DNA from: an uncultured Gammaproteobacteria bacterium
GTDB lineage: Bacteria > Pseudomonadota > Gammaproteobacteria > DRLM01
Length of the DNA: 64,000 nucleotides
NCBI GenBank assembly: GCA_963810615.1
Contig: CAWEOA010000002.1
Coordinates: 7,732-71,731, forward strand
Reading direction: 5' to 3'
Shown in pieces: positions 37,940 to 50,348 of the stretch. The notes under the pieces are model-generated. The model did not search any database. It saw nothing but the letters and a program-made list of their open reading frames with translations, and had not been told where the DNA came from. The position numbers and the translations under genes are program-made. Within the stretch, counting starts at the first letter, position 1, and the number at the start of each line of letters is the position of its first letter.

Positions 37940-39340
37940 ATGTTGGCCGAGGCAAGAGACCACATCGTAATTCCAAGCGTCACTAGCAAGATATTGCGTC
38001 TGCTTGATTCCCTTAAGCGCAGCGAGGGCGGTGCATCGATATACAACTATATCGAGCAAGTCATCCGCGATTCCGAGGCAAAATGCTATCAGGTAGAACA
38101 TGCCTATGCAGGGGTCTTGACCCTGTTGCTGGACACCTTGGCGCAGCAGCTAGACGACGGTTCTCCGCTGCAGGTGCAGCTAAAATTGCTGGAACTGCGC
38201 TTGCTGCCGCCCTTATCCCCTGCGGATCTCAGAAATCTCCAAGACTTCTTGAACCTGCACAGTGATGGCTTCGGTCGTGGCTCCCAACAAGTCGACGATG
38301 TCATCGAACATGCCCTCTCGCCGTTGCTGTCCAGCTTCAAAATTCGGGAAACGGCACCGCGTACCAATACGGTTGCCGAAGCGCCCAAGGCAGCCCCGCC
38401 CGAGACGCCGCCGATAGTCGAACCGGTAGTTGAAAAAGAAACCGTAGCCGCCGAGCCGGCGCCGCGGCCTGAAGATGGCCCGGACCGTCGCGTCGATCTC
38501 TCCTATCGCCGTCACTTGGACGAAAAGCGTCAAGGCATACAGCGCATTCAACATGCCCTGGCACAACAGGTCACCGCGTCCATCAAACTCTCTCAAGATT
38601 TCGGCGCCCTGCTGGACCGCCAACACCAGACCTTGCATCAATCCGACTCAGCACAAGACTTCGAGTCCGCCAGAGAACATTTGAGGCAAGAAACGGAAAA
38701 GCTGTTGGATGGTCACCGCAAGTTATCGGCCAAGCTCGACGAAACCCATAACTACCTGCGGGTGATCGAGACGGACAGCCAACAGTTGAGCGATGAATTG
38801 ACGCGCATCCACCTGCTCAGTCTCACCGACGACCTCACAGGCCTGCCTAATCGCCGCGCCTTCATGCGACGCCTGCAAGATGAAGTGGGCCGCGTGCAGC
38901 GCTACGGCAACCCTTTAACGCTGGCTCTGATCGATCTGGATGGGTTCAAGGCCGTCAACGACAAATTCGGCCACGCCGCCGGCGATGAAGTGCTACGGGT
39001 ATTCTCCGGCGAGATTCTGTCGATATTCCGCCACCACGACTTGGTGGCCCGCTATGGTGGGGAGGAATTTGCGGTACTGCTGCCCAATACCCATATCGAA
39101 GGAGCGCTGCGCGCACTGCGCAAGGTGCAGAAACGCGCGGAAGAAACCAGCTTCCAACAAGGAGGATCAACACTGCCGCTGCCCTCCTTCTCGGCGGGAC
39201 TCAGCCTCTACCGCCCCGGGGAAACCCCGGAGAACTTCATTCAGCGCGCGGATCACGCCATGTACCGTGCAAAGCGTCTGGGTCGCAACCGCATAGAATC
39301 GGATCAAGCGGAAAATACCAATCCGACTTCCATTGCCTAG
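37940..39340 (+). CDS. GGDEF-domain diguanylate cyclase with an uncharacterised N-terminal coiled-coil/Pro-Ala-rich region.
   Basis: The C-terminal GGDEF domain has an intact RYGGEEF A-site and an RHHD I-site (RxxD). The N-terminal 290 aa have no family motif I recognise. An AGGAG ribosome-binding site sits 9 nt before the ATG. Confidence 0.85.
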   Translation: MLAEARDHIVIPSVTSKILRLLDSLKRSEGGASIYNYIEQVIRDSEAKCYQVEHAYAGVLTLLLDTLAQQLDDGSPLQVQLKLLELRLLPPLSPADLRNLQDFLNLHSDGFGRGSQQVDDVIEHALSPLLSSFKIRETAPRTNTVAEAPKAAPPETPPIVEPVVEKETVAAEPAPRPEDGPDRRVDLSYRRHLDEKRQGIQRIQHALAQQVTASIKLSQDFGALLDRQHQTLHQSDSAQDFESAREHLRQETEKLLDGHRKLSAKLDETHNYLRVIETDSQQLSDELTRIHLLSLTDDLTGLPNRRAFMRRLQDEVGRVQRYGNPLTLALIDLDGFKAVNDKFGHAAGDEVLRVFSGEILSIFRHHDLVARYGGEEFAVLLPNTHIEGALRALRKVQKRAEETSFQQGGSTLPLPSFSAGLSLYRPGETPENFIQRADHAMYRAKRLGRNRIESDQAENTNPTSIA

Positions 39341-39442
39341 CAAAGCTCCGTACTGCAGGAGCAGGTGTGATTGGTTGATAATGCCGGGTGGCGGGGGAAT
39401 AATGCAGTGACGCGCTTGTAAGATTGTTCGGCGCTGCGTAGC

Positions 39443-39461
39443 CCGCCGCTTTTAGCGGCGG
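39443..39461. other. GC hairpin between the convergent GGDEF gene and secF, a possible transcription stop or stabiliser.
   Basis: The hairpin is CCGCCGC-TTTTA-GCGGCGG, a perfect 7-bp stem. No U-tract follows on either strand, so the terminator call is weak. Confidence 0.3.
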
Positions 39462-39469
39462 CACCTTAC

Positions 39470-40414
39470 TCAGGGGCGGGCATCCAGATCCGCACCTTCC
39501 TTTTTCACCGGCATCAGGTCGGCCTTGCTCACCCCCAACCACAGGGCGATGGCGCTGGCCACATAGATGGAAGAAAACGTACCGATGACAATACCCGCCA
39601 CCAAGGCGATGGAGAAATTACGGATCAAGCCTCCACCGAAAAATAACAGGGCGAGCACCGCCAGCAAGGTCACCAAGGAAGTGATGGTGGTACGGGACAA
39701 GGTTTGATTGATGGCCGCATTCATGGCGATTGCCGGTTCGACCTTGCGCATCTTGCGAAAATTTTCGCGGATACGATCGAACACCACCACCGTATCGTTC
39801 ACCGAATAACCTATCACCGCCAACACCGCTGCCAATACGGTGAGATCGAATTCCAGGCCGGTAACGGAAAATAAACCCACGGTGATGATGACGTCGTGAA
39901 GTGTCGCGACAATGGCCCCCAAGGCAAACCGCCATTCAAACCGGATCATCACATAGATGAAGATACCCAGCAGTGCTACCAGGATCGCCAATCCGCCGTC
40001 GGTGGCCAGTTCGTCTCCCACCTGCGGCCCGACGAATTCAACACGACGCTGCTCCACATCGTTGCCGCTGCTATCTTGACGCAGGGCAGCCAATATTCGG
40101 GTACTCACGTCGGCACTCTTTCCGTTTTTCCCCGGCGGGACCCTAATCAACACATCATGAGCCGTTCCGAAATACTGTACGACAACCTTGTCGAACCCGG
40201 TCTTTTCCAAAGCAGAGCGCACCGAATCGAGTTCCACCGGCTGCTGATATTGCACCTCGACCACGATACCACCGGTAAAATCGATTCCGAAATTAAAGCC
40301 GCGGACCGCGAAGGAAACAATTGATACCACCGCCAGAGTCAGGGATAACACCATCGCCACCCGGCGCTTACCCATGAAATCCCAGTTGACATTCACCAGA
40401 GAAAATCCAGCCAT
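39470..40414 (-). CDS. secF: Protein translocase subunit SecF.
   Basis: The start is MAGFSLVNVNWDFMGKRR. Six TM segments and a C-terminal polar tail are present. Confidence 0.9.
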   Translation of the reverse strand: MAGFSLVNVNWDFMGKRRVAMVLSLTLAVVSIVSFAVRGFNFGIDFTGGIVVEVQYQQPVELDSVRSALEKTGFDKVVVQYFGTAHDVLIRVPPGKNGKSADVSTRILAALRQDSSGNDVEQRRVEFVGPQVGDELATDGGLAILVALLGIFIYVMIRFEWRFALGAIVATLHDVIITVGLFSVTGLEFDLTVLAAVLAVIGYSVNDTVVVFDRIRENFRKMRKVEPAIAMNAAINQTLSRTTITSLVTLLAVLALLFFGGGLIRNFSIALVAGIVIGTFSSIYVASAIALWLGVSKADLMPVKKEGADLDARP

Positions 40415-40424
40415 CACAGCACCC

Positions 40425-42285
40425 TCATACCGCCAGCTTGTCGATACGACGCCGACCGCCGTATACCAGATAGACCAGAGCACGCGTACCCATCAATGCG
40501 GTAAACATGGACGTCAGGATACCGATACACAGCACCACCGCGAATCCCTTCACCGGACCGCTGCCCAGCACAAACAACATCAGACCGGCGATCAGGGTAG
40601 TGATGTTGGAGTCGGCGATGGTCCCCAAGGCGCGTTCATAGCCGGCCTCGATGCTGGCAAACGGCGAATTGCCGCTGCGCAACTCCTCGCGGATACGTTC
40701 ATCGATCAGCACGTTGGCATCGACCGCCATACCCACGGTCAGCACAATACCCGCGATGCCGGGCAGGGTCAGAGTCGCCTGCAATAAGGACAGGACGGCT
40801 ATGATCAACACCAGGTTCACCAACTGCGCCGCACTGGCGAAAAGTCCGAACACTTTATAGCGCCCCGTCATGAACACCATCACCAATACAAAGCCGATCA
40901 CGCAGGACATGAAGCCTCGGTCGATATTCTCCTGACCCAGGCTCGGCCCCACAGTACGTTCTTCGATAATATCCACCGGAGCGGCAAGTGCGCCGGCGCG
41001 CAGCAGTAGCGCCAGGTCCCGCGCCTCTTCGCTACTGTCCAGGCCGGTAATCTGGAAGCGTTTGCTGAACGTCCCGCGAATGGTGGCGCGATTGATCACT
41101 TCTTCTACCCGCTTCTTGGTCTTTACCACCTTGCCGTCAACGTAGCGGGTTTCGGTCTTGTTTTCGATAAACACCACGGCCATGAGCTTGCCCACATTCT
41201 CCGTAGTGGTCTTCAACATAGCCCGCGCGCCCTTACCGTCCAGGGTGATGGATACATCGGGACTGCCGTCGCGCGAGTCGAAACCGGCTTGGGCATCGGT
41301 GATGGAATCGCCGGTAATGATGATACGCTTATGCAACAACACCGGCTCGCCTTTGCGGGTGCGGTACAAACGGGCACCGATAGGGACATGCCCTGTCGCC
41401 GCTTCCGCCGCATTGTGCTCCTCATCCACCATGTGAAACTCCAAGGTGGCGGTGGCGCCGAGGATCTCCTTAGCGCGGGCGGTATCCTGCACGCCCGGCA
41501 ATTCCACCACGATGCGATTGTCACCCTGTTGCTGAATCACCGGTTCGGCCACGCCCAGTTCGTTGACGCGATTGCGCAAGGTAGTAATGTTTTGCTCGAC
41601 GGCAAACTTACGGGTCTCGCGTTGCTGCTGTTGGTTTACCACCGCCTATCAAATCGGAATTCCCCGCCTCGTCCTTATCGGTCAGGACAAGCTCGGGAAA
41701 TTGCTTGCCAAGCACTTCCCGGGCGGCATCGCGTTCCTCGGCGGTCTTGAACTTCAACTCCACGCCGCCGCCTTGCCGGGCAATATCCGTGTAGTGGATC
41801 TTGGCGGTGCGCAGACCGGTACGCATATCCTCCACATAACGTTCCGCCGCCTGCTGCACAACGGCGTCCATGTCCACTTCCATCAGAAAGTGCACCCCGC
41901 CGCGCAGATCAAGCCCCAGGTACATGGGTTTGGCACCGATGGCGCGCAACCACGCCGGGGTCGTCGGGGCCAGATTGAGCGCCACCACATAGTCATCGCC
42001 CAGTTCGCGTTGCACGGCGTCCTGAGCCTTGAGCTGAGTCTCGGGGTCCGCAAAGCGCACCAGCAAATTTCCGGCGCCCAGCTGTACGGCGCGGGAAGTC
42101 AAATGCGCCTTACTCAAGGCCAGCTTCACCCGGTCTTCCACCGCCGCATCGACCTTGGCCCCGCGTGCCGGAGAAATTTGCAAGGCCGGGTCTTCGCCAT
42201 AGAGATTGGGCAGGGCATAGATCACGCCCACCAACAACACCAGGGCGATGAGGACATATTTCCAAATAGGGTAACGATTCATCAT
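40425..42285 (-). CDS. secD: Protein translocase subunit SecD. As sequenced, it is split by an apparent +1 frameshift near 41638-41646.
   Basis: The N-terminal 214 aa ([20 protein letters not shown]...NSDLIGG) are in one frame. The remaining 406 aa ([34 protein letters not shown]...) are in the +1 frame. Both parts align with E. coli SecD. The frames switch inside a GGCGGTGGT run. Confidence 0.85.
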
Positions 42286-42327
42286 GGGATATATATTCCG
42301 GATGCAGGACTCAGCGGCTAAGCGACG

Positions 42328-42657
42328 TTAGCTCTTGGCGGTTCCCTTCGGCACCAGCGAGGTAACGGCGGTCTTTTGCACCTTGACCCGCACCCCTTCA
42401 GCGATCTCGACGGTAATGAAACTCTCCTCCACGTCAACGATCTTGCCCAGTAAACCGCCGCTGGTCACCACTTCGTCGTTCTTAGACAAGGTCTCGACCA
42501 TCTTGCGATGCTCCTTGGCGCGCTTCATTTGCGGACGGATCAACAGGAAATAAAACAAGATGAAGATGACGATGAGCGGTAAAAAACCCATCAGACCGGC
42601 ATCCTGGGGCGCTGCGGGCGCGGCCTCCGCCCAGGCATCGGAAATCAACAGACTCAT
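42328..42657 (-). CDS. yajC: Preprotein translocase subunit YajC.
   Basis: MSLLISDAWA...LMGFLPLIVIFILFYFLLIRPQMKRAKEHRKM aligns with E. coli YajC. The upstream extension in the ORF track was rejected. Confidence 0.85.
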   Translation of the reverse strand: MSLLISDAWAEAAPAAPQDAGLMGFLPLIVIFILFYFLLIRPQMKRAKEHRKMVETLSKNDEVVTSGGLLGKIVDVEESFITVEIAEGVRVKVQKTAVTSLVPKGTAKS

Positions 42658-42728
42658 GGCAAACCCTTTTATCTTCTTCGGTATCTTGGACTTGACCCCC
42701 ACTCCCCGGGGACCGCGAAAGGTCGCTA

Positions 42729-44905
<2,177 letters not shown>

Positions 44906-44964
44906 GGGGCGCGAATAGTACCAATTTCCCCCGCCGCTTGCGAGCCGGCCGCCAGAATATTTAG

Positions 44965-44992
44965 CTTGCCCAAGTCCCAGAAATTCTTATAC
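44965..44992 (+). promoter_or_regulatory. Sigma70-type promoter for tRNA-Leu.
   Basis: TTGCCC (-35) is separated by 16 nt from TATACT (-10). It lies about 12 nt upstream of the mature tRNA 5' end. Confidence 0.45.
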
Positions 44993-45004
44993 TAGTCGCC
45001 CTGG

Positions 45005-45091
45005 CGCCGGGATGGCGGAACTGGTAGACGCGCCGGACTCAAAATCCGGTGATGGTGACATCGTGGGAGTTCGATTCTCCCTCCCGGCACC
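45005..45091 (+). tRNA. tRNA-Leu (anticodon CAA).
   Basis: The 87-nt sequence has a GCCGGGA/TCCCGGC acceptor stem. The anticodon loop is CUCAAAA and there is a long variable arm. The T-loop is GTTCGATTC and CCA is encoded. It closely resembles E. coli leuX. Confidence 0.9.
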
Positions 45092-45310
45092 ACAGAATTA
45101 TGCGCCTGTAAAAGCGACAATTGACGCCGTGTGCTAAAGTTTTGACCAAAACTAACGCTAATTTTGTACAAGATAGCGCCACTACGGTCTCTCACCTATA
45201 CTCAGTCCGACAACAACATTGGGGTAATGGCCCTCTTACAGCATATTTTTGCCGCAAAGCAATACACAATTAACAATATCTTCTAATTCCATGAAGCGAG
45301 GCAGTAAATC

Positions 45311-47869
45311 ATGAGTGGGACACGCTTCAGCATTGAGGTTCAACCGACATTACCGGAGCGCCTGCAGCGCCTGGAAGAATTATCCAACGACTTGCTCTAC
45401 AGTTGGGACCGGCGGGTACGAGGACTGTTCGTGCGCCTCGATAAAGAGCTGTGGGAACAGTGCGACCATAACCCCAAATTATTCCTACGCCGCGTCGCAC
45501 AGAACCGCCTCGATGAGGCGGCGGAAGACCGGGTCTTCGTGGAAGATTTCAACCGCGCCTTGTCGGCCTACGACACCTATAATCAAGAGCATACGCGGAG
45601 CATCGTCACTCCCCACCTTGATCCCAATCAAGACCTGGTCGCCTATTTTTGCGCCGAATTCGGTTTACATGAAAGCCTGCCCATCTATTCCGGCGGCCTG
45701 GGGATCCTGGCGGGGGATCACTGCAAGGCCGCCAGCGATCTGGCCATACCCTTCGTCGCCGTAGGGATGCTGTATCGTCAGGGATACTTCAATCAGACCA
45801 TTGACGGCCAAGGCAAACAGATCGCCCATTACGCGCCGACCGCTTTTTCCCAACTACCCCTGCAAGCGGCACGCGACGACGCCGGTCAAGAATTGCACGT
45901 TCACGTCGCCATCGCCGACCGACGGGTCACCCTCAAGGTCTGGGAGGCCAAGGCCGGTCACATCCGCATGTTCTTTCTTGACAGCGACGTTCCGGACAAC
46001 AGCCCCATGGATCGCTCCATCACCTATCAACTCTATGGCGGCGACATCCACACCCGTATCCAACAGGAGATCGTGCTGGGCATCGGCGGGGTACGGGCCC
46101 TGCGCGCCCTGGGCCTGCAACCCAGCGTGTGGCACATCAATGAAGGCCACGCCTCCTTCCTCACCGTAGAACGTATCCGCGAACATGTGGAACGCGGCAT
46201 GGACTTTGATACGGCCTTGGAAGTAGTGGCGGCGGGAACGGTTTTCACCACCCACACACCGGTGGCGGCCGGTCACGACATCTTCGACCGACATCTGATG
46301 GAAACCTATTTCGGCGAATTTGTAAAACAACTCAGGATCAGCCTGCCGCAGTTCCTGGAATTGGGTCTGAGCCCCAGCAATGAAAACGGTTTCAACCAGA
46401 CATCGCTGGCCTTGCGCTGCTCACGCTTCCATAACGGCGTCAGCCGCATCCACGGCGAGGTGGCATCGCGCATGGAGAGCTATGTTTGGCCGCAGATTCC
46501 GGCCGAGGAAAATCCTATCTCCTATATCACCAACGGCGTCCACGTCCCCACCTTTCTGGCGCGCGAATGGATGAGTCTTTTTGACATGCGCTTTGGCGGT
46601 GAATGGCGCAACGAACTCGGTAGCGAAGACTATTGGGCGCGGATAGAAGAGATCCCCGACCACAGCTTTTGGAGTCTACGCCAGTCTTTAAAGACTGAGT
46701 TACTGGAGGAGGTGCACGACCGCGCCTCGCGCCAACACCGTCGCAGCGGTTTGAGCGCCACTCAGATCAAGCGCATCACTCGCGCCCTGTCGGCTGATAA
46801 TACCGATATCCTGACCGTGGGTTTCGCGCGACGCTTTGCCACCTACAAACGCGCGACACTGCTGTTTTCCGACCCGACGCGCTTGGCACGTCTCCTCAAC
46901 AACCCGCAGCGACCGGTACTGTTGATCTTCGCCGGCAAGGCCCATCCCCACGACGTCCCCGGGCAGCAGCTTATTAAAATGATCCACGACTTTTCGCGCC
47001 GCCCCGAATTCGAGGGCAAGATCATTCTATTGGAGGGCTACGACCTGGCCCTGGGCCGCAAACTGGTGACCGGCGTGGATGTCTGGCTCAATACCCCCGA
47101 GTATCCGCTGGAGGCCAGCGGCACCTCTGGAGAAAAGGCGGGCATCAACGGCGTTTTGAACCTCAGCGTATTGGACGGTTGGTGGGGCGAAGGCTATAAC
47201 GGCGAAAACGGCTGGGCGATCACGCCTCACGGTCCTGAGTATGACCCGGAGTTCCGTGACCGGGAGGAAGGTAACGAATTGCTGGACATCCTGGAAAAAG
47301 ATGTCATCCCCATGTACTACGACCGCAACGGCCACGGCTATCCGGAGCAGTGGGTAAAGATGTCCAAGGCCTCCATGAAATCCCTGATCCCGCGCTATAA
47401 CGCCGAGCGCATGGTGATGGACTATATCGTTCGCTTTTACAGTCAGGCGAGCCGCCAACGCAGCGCCCTCAGCGAACGCGAGTATACGCCGGCGCGGGAA
47501 CTCGCCAAATGGAAAAAGCAGATCATCCACGCCTGGCCGCAGCTCAGCGCCCACCGTATCGAACCGACCCCCTCGCAGATCATGGCGGGGGAAACCCTGC
47601 CCTTGGAAGTGACCGTCAATCTGAACGGGTTATCCCCCCAAGACGTCACCATGGAATGCCTGGTGGGATCGCCGTCGGAGGCAAATGATTTCGTGGTCCA
47701 TTCCAGCCACCTCTTCCACCCCGCGGAGGCCGGCCACGGCGATGAAGCCCTCTACCGCCTCGACTTGCAGCCGCCGCTGTCGGGCTTGCAGTACTATAAA
47801 ATACGTATCTATCCCTCTCATCCCCTGCTGAGCCATCGCTTTGAGATGGGACGCATGCTCTGGATTTAA
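45311..47869 (+). CDS. glgP: Alpha-glucan (glycogen/maltodextrin) phosphorylase, GT35 family, of the long DUF3417-containing type.
   Basis: The 852-aa protein has the N-terminal DUF3417-like region LYSWDRRVRGLFVRLD and the PLP-site region TNGVHVPTFL. EGYDLALGRKLVTGVDVWLNTP and the overall phosphorylase architecture are present. Confidence 0.85.
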   Translation: MSGTRFSIEVQPTLPERLQRLEELSNDLLYSWDRRVRGLFVRLDKELWEQCDHNPKLFLRRVAQNRLDEAAEDRVFVEDFNRALSAYDTYNQEHTRSIVTPHLDPNQDLVAYFCAEFGLHESLPIYSGGLGILAGDHCKAASDLAIPFVAVGMLYRQGYFNQTIDGQGKQIAHYAPTAFSQLPLQAARDDAGQELHVHVAIADRRVTLKVWEAKAGHIRMFFLDSDVPDNSPMDRSITYQLYGGDIHTRIQQEIVLGIGGVRALRALGLQPSVWHINEGHASFLTVERIREHVERGMDFDTALEVVAAGTVFTTHTPVAAGHDIFDRHLMETYFGEFVKQLRISLPQFLELGLSPSNENGFNQTSLALRCSRFHNGVSRIHGEVASRMESYVWPQIPAEENPISYITNGVHVPTFLAREWMSLFDMRFGGEWRNELGSEDYWARIEEIPDHSFWSLRQSLKTELLEEVHDRASRQHRRSGLSATQIKRITRALSADNTDILTVGFARRFATYKRATLLFSDPTRLARLLNNPQRPVLLIFAGKAHPHDVPGQQLIKMIHDFSRRPEFEGKIILLEGYDLALGRKLVTGVDVWLNTPEYPLEASGTSGEKAGINGVLNLSVLDGWWGEGYNGENGWAITPHGPEYDPEFRDREEGNELLDILEKDVIPMYYDRNGHGYPEQWVKMSKASMKSLIPRYNAERMVMDYIVRFYSQASRQRSALSEREYTPARELAKWKKQIIHAWPQLSAHRIEPTPSQIMAGETLPLEVTVNLNGLSPQDVTMECLVGSPSEANDFVVHSSHLFHPAEAGHGDEALYRLDLQPPLSGLQYYKIRIYPSHPLLSHRFEMGRMLWI

Positions 47870-47890
47870 ATCAGCACCGCAAACCCAAGT

Positions 47891-47918
47891 CCGCGGGGTC
47901 GCCACGTGCGCCCCGCGG
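47891..47918. other. GC-rich hairpin immediately after the glgP stop.
   Basis: CCGCGGGG...CCCCGCGG are the arms, around a CACGTG-containing centre. No T-tract follows, so the intrinsic-terminator assignment is weak. Confidence 0.3.
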
Positions 47919-48093
47919 CCACCAGATCTGAGCAATCAGCCGCCACCCCGCTTGATCACGGACGAGAGGGTACCGTCTGACGTGAGTACGGCCCGCCCTC
48001 ACTTTGACCCGCGACCGACTGATTTGACGGTTCTTTTATTATTTCGTGATATATCCGTGATCTTGGTGCGCGACACTGGTCTGCAACCCAGGA

Positions 48094-48876
48094 TTGACCA
48101 TCATGATTAAGCTCACCGCATTTATAGGCCTGATAGCGGCCGTGGCAATCGCCAACCTTGCAGCGGCTGCAAGTCTCACCCTTTCCAGCCACGAACAGCG
48201 CACCGCCCTGATCGAACTCTACACCTCGGAAGGCTGCAGCAGTTGTCCGCCCGCGGAGCGCTGGTTAAGCCGCTTACAGGATGATCCGCGCTTGTGGATA
48301 CAAATCGTGCCGCTTGCCTTCCATGTGGACTACTGGAATTATCTCGGCTGGCGCGACCGCTTTGCGGATGCACGCTTTTCACAACGACAAGGCGATTATC
48401 AACAACACGATTACCTGAAAACAATATACACCCCTGCCGTCATGAAAAATGGCCGGGAATGGCGCGGCTGGTCCTACAGTGATATCCCGCTGTCTACCCA
48501 TGAGGATCGAGCCGGGATACTCAAAGCCACTATCGGAGACGAGAAATCCAGTGCGCAATTCATCCCCGTCTACCGCGGACAATCCCGCCTCATGCTTAAC
48601 GTAGCCTTGCTCGGCTCTCATCTATCGACCCGCGTCGCAGCGGGTGAAAATGCCGGCAAAATCTTAAGGCATGATTTTGTCGTACTGAATTTTCATCAAT
48701 TCATACAAGTATCACAAGACGGACAGTTTCGCTGGAAACTGCCCGGACTCTTAAAGAATGCACGACAGGACACATCGGCTATCGCCTTGTGGGTCACGGC
48801 AGTGAATGATCCGACCCCGCGGCAGGCTACCGGAGGATGGATAAAATCAAGAAAAAGATCGACGCTTAGCGATTAA
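48094..48876 (+). CDS. DUF1223-family thioredoxin-like protein (secreted).
   Basis: The signal peptide is MIKLTAFIGLIAAVAIANLAAAAS. LIELYTSEGCSSCPP (CxxC) is present. The 260-aa length is typical of the DUF1223 family. Confidence 0.7.
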   Translation: MTIMIKLTAFIGLIAAVAIANLAAAASLTLSSHEQRTALIELYTSEGCSSCPPAERWLSRLQDDPRLWIQIVPLAFHVDYWNYLGWRDRFADARFSQRQGDYQQHDYLKTIYTPAVMKNGREWRGWSYSDIPLSTHEDRAGILKATIGDEKSSAQFIPVYRGQSRLMLNVALLGSHLSTRVAAGENAGKILRHDFVVLNFHQFIQVSQDGQFRWKLPGLLKNARQDTSAIALWVTAVNDPTPRQATGGWIKSRKRSTLSD

Positions 48877-50339
48877 CTTCGCCCGTACAACGCGCACAGA
48901 TGGCGTAACCGTGACGCCAAACCGACATCGACTTGGTCCCAATTAAAACGCCAACGCCAATTGCCGTCGGGTTTCCCCGGAATATTCATGCGATGCTCGC
49001 TGCCCAATTCCAGCACGTCCTGCATAGGGATCATCGCCAGGGTAGCAACCGCAGCCATCGCCGCCCGAATCAATGACCAGGGCATGGGTTCACCGGACGA
49101 GTGCAGATATTCATCTACATGATTCCGAGTCTCTGCAGATAAGCTGTGATACCAGCCCACGCTGGTATCGTTGTCATGCGTACCGGTATAAACCACCGCC
49201 AGGTGGTGGTGATTATGCGGCAGATAAGGATTGGCGGAGCCGCCGTCGAAGGCGAACTGTAATATCTTCATCCCGGGGAAACCATGCCGCAGGCGCAAGG
49301 CCTCCACCTCGGGAGTAATAAGACCCAAGTCCTCCGCCACCACTGGCAAAGGGTCGAAGTGCCTGCGCAGTACGTCGAACAAGGCATCACCCGGTGCCGG
49401 TACCCAGCGGCCGTTCATGGCGGTGTCGTGGTCGGCAGGTATTTCCCAATAGGCCTCGAAGCCGCGAAAATGATCGATACGCACCAGATCAAATAATTGT
49501 AATTGGGTCCCGAGGCGCGTCACCCACCACTGAAAGCCTTCTTGCTCCATACGCTCCCAGCGGTAATGGGGATTGCCCCAGAGCTGCCCGGTAGCAGAGA
49601 AGTAATCCGGCGGCACACCGGCCACCACCGTCGGCCGACCTGCTTCATCCAATTGAAAATAATCCCGCTGCGCCCAGACATCGGCGCTGTCGTGGGCGAC
49701 GAAGATCGGCAAGTCCCCGAACAACAGCACCCCATGACGGTTGGCGTAGTCCTTCAATGACCGCCATTGTTGCGAAAACACAAACTGCTCGAATCGGATC
49801 AACTCCAAGGCATCCCGATATTGCTGCCGCGCCGCCTGCAAACTCGCCGGATCACGATCACGCAACTGCGCCGGCCAGTCTATCCATGAGGCATGGTGAT
49901 GCGCCTCGCGCAGCACCGCGTACAAGGCATAGTCTTCCAGCCACTGGCGGTTGGTTTCGACAAATTCAGAATAGTGGCGCTTGTCCGCCTCACCTGCGCG
50001 TTGCATGAAACCCTGATAGGCGGTGTTCAACAGGCGCTGCTGAATCGCGGGCGTTGCAGGCAATTCAGCAAGCGACGCCTCCAACCAGCCGGCGCTCACC
50101 AACAACTCGGCGCTGATATACAAGGGATTGCCCGCATGCAGGGACAAACATTGATAGGGAGACCCGTCATCATGGGTGGGACCGACCGGCAAGAACTGCC
50201 ATACGCTCTGCCCGGCCGCTACGAGGAAGTCAACAAATCGATAGGCTTCGGGGCCCAAAGTACCACACGCCCCCCCACCCGGCAGGGACGTAAGGTGCAG
50301 CAAAATGCCCGCACGACGCGTTACCAATGGATTCATCAC
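48873..50339 (-). CDS. malQ: 4-alpha-glucanotransferase (amylomaltase, GH77).
   Basis: The N-terminus RRAGILLHLTSLPG is followed by LPVGP. The catalytic motifs GDLPIFVAHDSADVW, RIDHFRGF and GMKILQFAF are present. Confidence 0.9.
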   Translation of the reverse strand: MMNPLVTRRAGILLHLTSLPGGGACGTLGPEAYRFVDFLVAAGQSVWQFLPVGPTHDDGSPYQCLSLHAGNPLYISAELLVSAGWLEASLAELPATPAIQQRLLNTAYQGFMQRAGEADKRHYSEFVETNRQWLEDYALYAVLREAHHHASWIDWPAQLRDRDPASLQAARQQYRDALELIRFEQFVFSQQWRSLKDYANRHGVLLFGDLPIFVAHDSADVWAQRDYFQLDEAGRPTVVAGVPPDYFSATGQLWGNPHYRWERMEQEGFQWWVTRLGTQLQLFDLVRIDHFRGFEAYWEIPADHDTAMNGRWVPAPGDALFDVLRRHFDPLPVVAEDLGLITPEVEALRLRHGFPGMKILQFAFDGGSANPYLPHNHHHLAVVYTGTHDNDTSVGWYHSLSAETRNHVDEYLHSSGEPMPWSLIRAAMAAVATLAMIPMQDVLELGSEHRMNIPGKPDGNWRWRFNWDQVDVGLASRLRHLCALYGRS

Positions 50340-50348
50340 AATGGCCGC

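Noticed and set aside
45092-45310. An integrative island boundary at the tRNA-Leu 3' end.
   Set aside because: No integrase or recombinase gene follows. I did not find an obvious direct repeat of the tRNA 3' end downstream. The downstream genes are core glycogen metabolism with host-like GC.
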